A stretch of DNA of 12,280 bases from Paraspadella gotoi (lineage: Eukaryota; Animalia; Chaetognatha), in contig JBJCIZ010001647.1 of assembly GCA_051294375.1 (NCBI GenBank), forward strand, positions 1 to 12,280. The letters run 5' to 3'. The notes beneath the pieces were generated by a model that saw only the letters and a program-made list of their open reading frames with translations, was not told where the DNA came from and did not search any database. The position numbers and the translations under genes were made by a program. Of the stretch, positions 1 to 8,721 are shown piece by piece; the first letter of the stretch is position 1, and every line of letters starts with the position of its first letter.

Positions 1-143
1 AAAAAAAGAGAAAGATCTGAAAAGATCAAAAAAGACAGAGGCTTTTTATAGCATGAGAAAATCTGCGAAGGGCGAAAACGAAAAAAAAAGGGATAAAAAA
101 ATAAAGTAGATGGTAGAATTTTAACAAAGTAGATTGTAAAAGT

Positions 144-1252
144 TTAAACCCTTTTCCCCCCCAAAATTACATTGCCGGAATGTTCGTGCTCTAAGAAGAG
201 ATCAAATTCTAAAAGAATAAGGGTTTTTTTAGAGGCGGGCCAAAAGACATTATTCTTTTGCTTATCACCAGAACATTTTTTTTTTAAGTTTCTTTTTAAT
301 CCGAATCTTTTATTTTCGATTGTTCTCGCATTCATTCATTCCAACGCCTTCGCGTCTCCTTTGCGCGCCATTTTCAAAGGAATGACATCTTCTTTGTCAT
401 ACATTCATTTCTTTCTTTAATTCCAAACATCTTTAGGAAGATTAGGACCTGGCGTGTAGGTCTATTGTTTATTATCTTTTTCGCCTTTCCAATTGGCAAA
501 AGAATGAATTTTTTTTTTCTATTAAAGTTGGAAACAATATTGGTACCGATGACATTCCGCCTTGACGCTCGACGAAAGTCCTCACTGAACGTCAACGACA
601 ACGCCGGCAATCGTCCACTTCGATAAACCTCGTCATATTCATCGACTTCTACTCCCACCTTACATTGCTCTAACCAAGGACTCACTGCTCTCAAATACGT
701 CGCCCACCATTTAACACAAATCAATTAACATCAATCGGGTATTACGAATGCCAATGCTCTTCCACTATCCCACTTTAAAAGTACATAATACGAAACAGCA
801 AATTACTCATACAAAGAACTCAAATCTTTTCCCACGACAACGTCGCCTCACATCAACCACAATCAGTCGTCATCAAATCATTTCGTCGAGTGTTACAAGT
901 ACAATTGCAACGAAACGGCGCAACTTGAATTCTTCAACTAGAACCAATCCCAATTGAGTCAACCACAACTCTTCCATCATTTCATTCGGGTAATTACGAG
1001 TCCAATAACCAGTCCACGAATCAACTACAAATCAATCAAATTATCCACTCCTTTATCACATATTACGAGTCAATTGCACGAGGGCCAACTTGATTTCATC
1101 GACGAGACCATCCACAGTCGAGTCCAACCACACCTCTTCCCTCATTTCATCGAGTATTACAAGTCCAACGCCAACGAAGAACAGTTCAGTCTTTCAAAGA
1201 GAGGATCCACGAAGAAAAACGCTACGAAAGCTGCTCGATCTTCAGCATCCAT
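144..1252 (-). pseudogene. Frameshifted intronless ORF of unknown function (~370 codons) with internal repeats
   Basis: ATG at 1252 (MDAEDRAAFVAFF) downstream of TATA-like sequence. Protein-like segments continue through the ORF-track pieces 724-374 and 335-144 to TAA at 146-144. No family recognised. Confidence 0.45.
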
Positions 1253-1260
1253 CGACAACG

Positions 1261-1295
1261 AGTGAGTAAATATTTTTTTATATTATAAAAGATGG
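1261..1295. promoter_or_regulatory. Candidate divergent core promoter
   Basis: Overlapping TATA-like sequences on both strands (1277-1290) between divergent ORFs; Inr-like TCACT on the minus strand at 1265-1261. Confidence 0.3.
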
Positions 1296-1437
1296 GGGGC
1301 TAATATAGTTTTTTATTAATAGGTTAAATTAAAATTAGAATGGTAAAAAAGACTTCTAATTTCGGTTAATCATCATCGTCGTCGTGATCGTCTTTTGTCA
1401 ATGGGCATCGGATCTACTTAAAAGAGGCGTAGAGACA

Positions 1438-2313
1438 ATGGATTTTCAAGGAGAGGAAGAGAAGATATAGAAATGACAAGGCTAATTGAAGAGAGAGAGG
1501 AAGGTGAAGAGGAAAGAGGTGGGGTAGAGGAAATTTAGAAACCACTTCGCCTCAGCGATAATGGCAGAAATACCAAACGAAGAGATGGAAGAATTACAAT
1601 TAACTGCCAGTAGCTCGAGAGTTCGGGGGAGAAGAGAGAGAGGAAGAAGAAAGAGTAAGAGGGATTTCAATATTACAGCAGAGCCTGAGATGGGTGTGAT
1701 GGTGTGATGGGCGAAGACAGGATGAACAAGATTTGTAGAAGGAGAACGAGAACAAGAAAAGAATTGAAATGGAAGAGGAAATACGACAAGATTTATGAGG
1801 GAGTATAGAGAGAGCTAGAAAGAGAAAGGGAGGCGATAGAGACATAGAAGAAGAAGAAAGGAAGAAGAGGGATGGCCCGGCGAAGAGTGGAGCGAGTTTG
1901 AGGATTACGAAGAAATAGGTAAAAAAATTAAGTTAAATATTTTTAAAAAGTAGAGGTATTAATCACTTTTTATTTCTCATCATTCAGAGATGACGTCGTG
2001 ATCTGGGATGACAAATGGAGTGATGGACTACGAATGGTGACAATGTATATATTGTATAGCAATCATAATAAATATTATGAGTTAGATAAATGTACTAAAA
2101 TAAACCAGCGTCAGGTGTTAAGTGCCAAGTGTTACAGATCTTTTTTCAAAATAAAGAATCTATGTAAAATCTTTTTAAGAGTACAATTGGCTCTGCGTAG
2201 GTTTTAAATCTTTTAGCAAGAAAAAAATATATGTGGGCGAATGGCATTCATGTTATTGTATAATAGGAACCGGCATTTTTTTTTTTCAATACAATGGATT
2301 TTTTAGTGAATAG
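1438..2313 (+). pseudogene. Frameshifted gene, Glu/Arg/Lys-rich N-terminal part, probable 69-nt intron (1919-1987)
   Basis: Purine-rich, charged-codon region 1438-1918. ag|gtaaaa...ttctcatcattcag| intron-like segment. Open stretch DDVVIWDDKWSDGLRMVTMYILY... to 2207. Ends approximate. Confidence 0.35.
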
Positions 2314-2380
2314 ATTCGTGCGAAGATTTAAATCTCTTTAATCTTTTTATTAAAGGATAAGGTTATGTAGGTGAGGTAAT

Positions 2381-2420
2381 TCACGCCCCATTTGCGCAAT
2401 AGAAGTAGCGGTATATAAAT
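2381..2420 (+). promoter_or_regulatory. Compact Pol II-type promoter
   Basis: CACGCCC (Sp/KLF-type box) 2382-2388, TTGCGCAA (C/EBP-type palindrome) 2392-2399 and TATATAAA 2412-2419, ahead of ATG 2458. Confidence 0.45.
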
Positions 2421-2457
2421 AAAAGACGGTGATGTCCTTCGACAGCGCATTTTAAAA

Positions 2458-3441
2458 ATGTCAGCGAGAAGCGATCGCATTAAAATTTGTCATCAATAGA
2501 ATTTTACAAATTGCCCAAAGATCAAAAAAAATTTGCATATTACAAACTAAAAAACCAAGCATTGATTTACAATAAATAATTAATTTCATGGGACTTTAAA
2601 AGATTTCTTAAATGCATCAAAAGAGTAAACCTAGAAGAATTTATCCATTTTATGAAACGTCTGAAACGAAAGAGCACTTACAAATCAAACGCGATCAATT
2701 TAGGAGAAAAAACTCGAAATTGAACTCATAATAAAAAGTGGCAAAAATTCCAGAGAGAAATAAACTCTTATCAGAGAACTCGGTCAAAGAAAAAAAGCGA
2801 ATTAGACTTTGCAGTAAGGGGAAACGAAAACATCAAATCCGCTAATACTATTTTTACTGGAAGAACGCAATAAGATTGAAAAAAATTTATAACTAAAAAA
2901 TGGAATTAAATAGAATATGAAATGTGCGAAGGGTTGTACATAATGGACTAAAAATGAAAAGCTCAAAATAATTAAATTAGAAAAAACAAATGATCCCATT
3001 CGCGTAGAAACTTGTATAAAGTTTAGTCTTCAACGACTTTAAAGAATTATTCCCTAAGTCTTTAACAAAAAATTAAACAAGTTTATGTGCGATCCTGAAA
3101 GAATCGATTTCGACGATCAAGGAGAAGACGAAGACACACTACGAATAGAGATGGACAAATTTACTTAGAAGTATATTACGTAGAAAACGAAGAAGAAGAA
3201 GCAACATTAGTTTTTTCGTCCCTGGTCAACAAGGTGCGACAACGAGGACGACGAATTACTACGAAGCAAAGACTTTGACCGTCTCATAATTAAGGGCATA
3301 TTTTTAATGTCGATTTTTTTAAATTTTTTAACATTTCAAAGCGAAGCGATAATTGATATGTTTCCATACAGATGCGACAATTGTAATAAGATTTGCGACA
3401 ATTGTTCTATAAGGACAAACAAAGTTGGTCTTTCCGAATGA
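2458..3441 (+). pseudogene. Frameshifted intronless Lys-rich ORF ending in CDNC-NKI-CDNC
   Basis: TATATAAA at 2412 and AAAAATG at 2454-2460. Successive protein-like segments (SIEFYKLPKDQKKFAYYKLKNQ; SWDFKRFLKCIKRVNLEEFIHFMKRL; DGQIYLEVYYVENEEEE). Last open frame 3211-3441 ends TGA followed by TAG. Confidence 0.45.
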
Positions 3442-3455
3442 TAGGTTTTTTTAAT

Positions 3456-3554
3456 TTAAAGTTTGGCGGCCATGCTTCGCATGACCGCCAAACTTTAATA
3501 CCTAATTTTAAAAAATCCCACCGGGGAAGCTTCGCTTCCCCGTTGGCATTTTTT
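3456..3554. other. Twin ~20-bp-stem hairpins, each with a GC-TTC-GC (minus strand GC-GAA-GC) apex; possible terminator, 3'-processing signal or ssDNA origin
   Basis: 3456-3498: TTAAAGTTTGGCGGcCATGC-TTC-GCATGaCCGCCAAACTTTAA (one mismatch). 3510-3554: AAAAAATcCCAcCGGGGAAGC-TTC-GCTTCCCCGtTGGcATTTTTT (two mismatches). Confidence 0.85.
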
Positions 3555-3900
3555 GTTCGTAGTTTCCAATTCGATTTACCATTATTAGTTCCATTTCTTT
3601 GCATGTCCTATATTTTCTCATAAAATGTTCTTTTGTTACGATCGTGTCTTTTCGATAGACTACGCCTTTACATTTTCTTAGTCAGTTAATAACAAATGAT
3701 CTTGATTTTCGAGTTAACGTTTCTAAGTTTATTATATAGACATGTTTAATATTAAATAACTGACTAGTTTGTTTTTTTTTTTAAAACTATGACATTATCT
3801 AAAATACTAAAGCAATTTGATAAAGTTATTATAAAGATTGCCGTTAGATAAAGACAAGTCTATACTATTGCAAATATGTATGAATGCAATAATACACACG

Positions 3901-4235
3901 CCGTGTCATACGAACAAGTCGTAGGCGCGGCTAAAGAGTCGATGACGTGTGATGACGTCATGTCATACAAAAAAAGTTAGTACAGTCAAAATTGATGACG
4001 TCGTATATACCGAGAGTAGTGGGTGTGTCTAAGTGATGACGTCGTGTAATACCGGGGTGTGGGTGTGGTCGAAGTGGTGACGTCATGTCATATCGGTAAA
4101 ATATAAAAAGAAATTGTTAGGATAATAAAAGGTCTGTCTATTGCGAAAAATGCCGAAATGCGGATGTACATTCCTTTCCGATGACGTCATGTCATACCGA
4201 AGTAGTGGGGTGTGGCCGGAAGTGATGACGTCATC
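3901..4235. promoter_or_regulatory. Enhancer-like array of ~41-44 bp repeats with CRE (TGACGTCA), GT-box and ETS motifs
   Basis: TGACGT cores at 3943, 3953, 3996, 4037, 4078, 4182 and 4226 (four are perfect TGACGTCA). Units continue TGTCATACCG...GGGTGTG...GAAG; CCGGAAGT at 4216-4223. Confidence 0.65.
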
Positions 4236-4306
4236 AAAAGGAATGTACGATCCGCATTCTTGGCATTTTTCGCAATAGAACAGATCCTTTTACTATCTCT
4301 GATAAC
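4115..4306. repeat. Imperfect inverted repeat, ~75 bp arms, ~35 bp spacer
   Basis: ...AAAAGGTCTGTCTATTGCGAAAAATGCCGAAATGCGGATGTACATTCCTTT..GATGACGTCA versus TGACGTCATC.AAAGGAATGTACGATCCGCATTCTTGGCATTTTTTCGCAATAGAACAGATCCTTTT... Confidence 0.9.
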
Positions 4307-4490
4307 GTTTTACCAAAAGTGTGCGATCATAGTAAGTTAAAAATTTAGATTATGGCTTCTCATCTAGAATAGCTTTGATATTTTCGTATTACATTTGGAT
4401 TTTAAGTATTTTTTGTTTGAATTTCCACTTCATTATGATTTACTGCGTATGCAATGAGATTTAGTACTCATTATACTATCCAAAATTAGT

Positions 4491-5461
4491 GTTTCCATTA
4501 GGATTGTACCCACGTAGGATTGCGCCCAGAAAATGCGCCCACAGCATTGCCCCACTTATAATTACACCCGCAGGATTGTGCCCATGTAGAAATTGGCCCA
4601 ATTAGGATTGCGCCTCCGTAGGTATTCCGCCACATAGTATTCCGCCCAGTAGAATTGAATTGAATTGAATGAATTGAATTGAATGAATTGAATTGAATTG
4701 AACCCGTGTAGGTTCTGCGCCCATAGGATTGCGCCCATAAGATTGCACCCATAGGATGGGCCCTATACAATTGAGCCCACTATATATTGGGCCCAATATG
4801 ATTGGGCCCATGTAGGATTGGGCCCACATTCAATTAGGGCCCACATTATGATTGGTCCCATGTAGGATTGGGGCCCATGTAGGAGTGGGGCCCTGATGCG
4901 TTCGCCCCCTAATAAAATATGCTCACATGGGATTCACGACACAAGAAAGCACCATGGAAGACTGTATTTAGGATGATACAACTAACATCTATCAAGAACG
5001 TGGTTATATGGCCAATCGCTATGTGGGCTCAATAATACTATGGCAGAATCCATGTGGGTGGAATCCTGAATGGGCGGAATCCTACATGGGCCTAATCCTA
5101 TTGGGGCGGATCCTAGTGTGGGCGGAATCCTACGTGGGCCCAATCCTATGTGGGTTCAATTCTATGGTGCAATACTATGGGCTCAATCCTTTCGGGCCCA
5201 ATGCTAAGTGGGTGGATCCAACATGGGTACAATCCTTTGGGCGCAATACTATGGCGGAATTCTACGGGCGAAGTCTTTGTGGGCGCAATTTTAACGTTCG
5301 GGCCGGAATCCTACAGGGCGGACTCCCATGTGGGCGCAATCTTACCGGGGCGGGAATACTATGGGTGCAAATCTATGGTGGGCGCAATGCTACGTGGGTG
5401 GCAATCCTTGGGGTTCAATTTTTAATGGGCCCAATAATACGTGGCCCATCCTGCGACTACC
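4491..5461. mobile_element. Non-autonomous foldback DNA transposon (Mutator/Phantom-like), ~970 bp
   Basis: Left arm (~4491-4892) is built of ~15-20 bp units such as CCCATGTAGGATTGGG/GCGCCC. Right arm (~5008-5461) has the reverse-complement units (GGGCCCAATCCTACATGGG). Unique ~115 bp spacer between them. Flanked by the direct repeat CCAAAATTAGT (4480-4490 and 5462-5472). No transposase. Confidence 0.8.
4652..4702 (+). repeat. (GAATT)n microsatellite inside the foldback left arm
   Basis: About 10 units of GAATT/GAAT. Confidence 0.95.
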
Positions 5462-5814
5462 CCAAAATTAGTATATGAAATGCTTTAATCTAATTTACAT
5501 ATTGCAGTATATAATATTGAACCCATGAATTCAAAAATTTTTTTTAAATCTATAATAAAAATGGGAACTCAAATAACTTTTTAATGGAGAATCTATTATC
5601 TTAATTTTAATAACAAATAAAATAAAATCTTTTACGAAGCTGCGATTGGAAAAAATAAGAAAAATTTCCAATGTAAACAATTTAACATATTTTGACTTTC
5701 TTTTATTCTTTAAATTATATATTAGATTTTTTTTCTATTTTTGTCAGTTGCTGCTTTTTCTGATCCCTTAAAAAACGAGTTCAGGTTCTGCAGTGACTGT
5801 TCAGCTGCCTTCCA

Positions 5815-5903
5815 TCTTTCTCTTTCTTTCTGTCTCTTTCTGTCTCTCTTTTTCTCTTTCTGTCTCTCTCTCTCTATCTCTGTCTTTTGTCTCTCTCTCT
5901 CTG
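5815..5903 (+). repeat. Degenerate (CT)n/(CTTT)n tract
   Basis: Pyrimidine-rich simple repeat. Confidence 0.9.
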
Positions 5904-5946
5904 TACGAGTCGTTCGATTTTTTGAAAAATTCTTATTATTTTTTTC

Positions 5947-6628
5947 CTTCTAAAAACTTTTATTATCGCATTTATTTTTTTTCTCAATACAAAATCCCAA
6001 ATTTACATCCGAGATTTTCGTGGATTCATTTTAGAAAAAGGGAAGAATAACTTATAATGAAGGCAATATCACATGTACATCAACTTGTATGACAGGTAGG
6101 CGAACCTGCTATATATCCGGCAATTGCGCAGATTAATATAAATAATATATAATATAAAAAATATAACAATCTAAAATTTCATTCAAGATTAAAATTTTTT
6201 AAGATGAGGAAATAAAATTTATTTGAATAAGTAAAAAAATATTTGGAAGTCAAAAATATCATAGTCGTTAACTGATTATGTCAACTATATATTTTGTTAA
6301 TAGAGATTATATTTTTGAACCGTTCTTTTTGAAAATAGTTTAGCTTTATAGCAACGAGTTTTCATTTCATACAATCAATATCAATCTCATTCATTTTCAA
6401 TAATATGCAAAAAAAATAAGGTTTTCAACTCATTTTGAACTAGATGAACAAAAGACTTCAGTCTTATTTCAATTGAAAAAAAAAATAGAAAGTTAATTGA
6501 TGCTTAATCACACAATAAAACTAATTTTATTTTTATCACGCCACTTTTTCTTAATACAAAAATCCCAAATTTATTTCCGAGATTTTCGTGGATTTTATTT
6601 TTTTCTTTCTAAAAACTTTTATTATTTC
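5947..6628 (+). repeat. Dispersed direct repeat pair (~5947-6031 and ~6545-6628)
   Basis: Both copies contain TTCTYAATACAAAA(A)TCCCAAATTTA...CCGAGATTTTCGTGGATT and TTCTAAAAACTTTTATTAT, in permuted order. Confidence 0.8.
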
Positions 6629-6642
6629 TTATTATTCTCTCT

Positions 6643-6646
<4 letters not shown>

Positions 6647-6692
<46 letters not shown>
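6647..6692 (+). repeat. (CT)n microsatellite
   Basis: Perfect dinucleotide run. Confidence 0.97.
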
Positions 6693-6693
<1 letters not shown>

Positions 6694-6698
6694 ATTAA

Positions 6699-6909
6699 CT
6701 CATCGCGTCAATGAATGACTAGCATCGCTCAATGAATAACTATTATAGCATCAATGAAGTACTATCATCATATGCATGAATGATTATCATCGTGCATTCA
6801 TATGAATGATTATCATCGCATCCATCATTTGGTTATCATCGCATCAATTCTTTTGGTTATCATCGCATCAATATTTGGTTATCATCGCATCAATATTTGG
6901 TTATCATCA
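6699..6909 (+). repeat. ~21-22 bp minisatellite, about 10 units
   Basis: Units grade from AATGAATGACTAKCATCGCRTC to AATATTTGGTTATCATCGCATC. Confidence 0.9.
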
Positions 6910-7027
6910 AAGCAGGCTCCGATCCCTATTGCTTTTAAGATTTTTTACCTTTAGATTACATTTGTCCAGGGTTTTAAAATCTGACCGCTCTGTCTTATTA
7001 AAACAGATTGAGTGTTAATTAGAGCAG

Positions 7028-7028
<1 letters not shown>

Positions 7029-7080
<52 letters not shown>
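7029..7080 (+). repeat. (CT)n microsatellite
   Basis: Perfect dinucleotide run. Confidence 0.97.
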
Positions 7081-7083
<3 letters not shown>

Positions 7084-7858
7084 CAGTTAACAAGTGACGA
7101 CGACGAACAAAAAATAATCCAGTTCCTTTTTTCTCGATTCAGTTTTAGTTTTGGACGAAATCGAATTGAACCTTTTACTTTTTTTTCTTGAATTTTAATA
7201 TTTGCTTATAACGATTTCAACTCAAGTTATTATAAGCATTTGAAAGATACGAGTATCATTTTTTTACCTTTGCTTACCTATACATTTACGGTATATTTCA
7301 TTTTGTTGCGAAATATTTTTTATGAAAATTAATGGCATCGAAAAATATTGGTCTAAATTTTCATCTAAGTATTTGTACAATAATAAATTATAAATATTTC
7401 TTTGATCCCATTATCATTGATATACATTACCAATGTTTTTTTAATTTTTATATTTCTCATCTCTCTACTTAGTGCTACTTTATAAAACTTTGTTGATTAA
7501 TTTCTTGTTTATAACTGTATTCTGTTAGCCTTGTCGTTAATTTAGTGTAATATATCAGTGAAATAATTTCATAATTTCAGAAGGTTCGTTGAAACTATTT
7601 AAAACAATTATTTAAAAATCCCTTATACTTTTTATCTAATTCATCTAATTTATCAAATTTCATTTTTTTAAAAATTTTCTCAACGTTTTGTTACTAATTC
7701 AATCTAATTCAACGTGGAAATGAAATTCTTAATTCTTAATTCTTAATGCTTAACAAAAGACAAGATCTCACAAAAAACTTAACTCAATTTCATAAAGAAG
7801 CGAATTCGATCAAAGCCTCTTCTTAAGCCATCATAACAACAACAAAACAACAACAACA

Positions 7859-7994
7859 ATGCTCGATCTTCTTCTTCCATTTCGCCTCGTTTTCTTCCCT
7901 TTCCTCTTCCTTCTCCGCTTCGTTCATCCCAGCCTTCTCCTCTTCCTCGAAATCATCTTCTCTCCCTACAGGGGCTTTAAAGAAGAAGGATTTG
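7859..7994 (+). CDS. Possible first coding exon with hydrophobic signal/anchor peptide (strand ambiguous)
   Basis: CAACAACAATG start context; MLDLLLPFRLVFFPFLFLLRFVHPSLLLFLEIIFSPYRGFKEEGF; strong donor TTG|GTGAGC in phase 1. No convincing downstream exon, and the opposite strand is also open. Confidence 0.25.
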
Positions 7995-8002
7995 GTGAGC
8001 GA

Positions 8003-8167
8003 AATGTTAATCTTAAATTATATTTTTAATATTAATGTTAATCTTAATTATAATGTTAATATTAATATTAATCTTAAATTATTAATGTTAATATTAATGT
8101 TAATCTTAAATTATAATGTTAATATTTATGTTAATCTTAAATTATAATGTTAATATTAATGTTAATT
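8003..8167 (+). repeat. AT-rich minisatellite (AATGTTAATCTTAAATTAT-like)
   Basis: Repeated TGTTAATCTTAAATTATAA/TATTAA units; a further copy at ~8848-8877. Confidence 0.85.
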
Positions 8168-8206
8168 TTATTTTTATGTGATAATCCTTTCTTTTTTGTT
8201 GTGTTG

Positions 8207-8656
8207 TAGATTAGGGACAGTTTGTTAATTGGCAACGTGACCAACGTGACCACGTGACCAAAAGCGTCTTCCATACAACAACAATTCATTTTTAGTATGA
8301 AACGAACACGTTTCTGCTCTATGTTCGAGCCTTCATCAGCGTCCAAGTAATTTGTGAAATTTGGACAGATTTTTCTACAAAAGGGGAGAGAGAGAGATAG
8401 AGAGAGAGAGAGAGTGAGAAAGAGAGAGAGAGAGGGGGGGAGAAAAGTTTTCAACACAGAGTTGAGAGTGGTCAATGGTGAGAACAGGCTAAGGGTAAAG
8501 ACAGATATATTTTAGTTATGAAAAAGAAGTGAAATATTCAATTACAGAGAGAGAGAGAGAGAGAGTTAATAGTTAATTGTTCATGTCTAATTTCAGTTTA
8601 CAAAAATCATTTCATTGTTGTACATTAAAAATGTATTATTTTCTCTCTCCCTGGCA

Positions 8657-8721
<65 letters not shown>

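Noticed and set aside
748-1265. Plus-strand ORFs 748-957 and 954-1265
   Set aside because: Probably shadows of the minus-strand reading, which has a start context and a repeated protein-like motif; not fully excluded.
2323-2345. AT-rich hairpin/palindrome AGATTTAAATCT after the second ORF
   Set aside because: Short, AT-rich and bulged; expected by chance at this base composition.
3393-3623. ORFs 3393-3623 (+) and 3407-3604 (-)
   Set aside because: They run across the twin hairpins and resemble nothing I recognise. A short minus-strand gene ending near the hairpins is possible but unsupported.
1400-3760. Alternative genetic code (stop-codon reassignment) explaining the broken ORFs
   Set aside because: Protein-like segments switch between frames rather than reading through stops in one frame, which points to indels.
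3940-4235. CRISPR-like array
   Set aside because: The spacers resemble each other, there are no cas genes, and the context is eukaryotic.
4498-5478. Four ORFs of 75-156 aa rich in G/W/P/I
   Set aside because: They are translations of the foldback element's tandem modules.
5741-6101. Possible small plus-strand exons (5748-5785; donor ACAG|GTAGGC at ~6095)
   Set aside because: Splice-like signals only, with no recognisable product or consistent exon chain.
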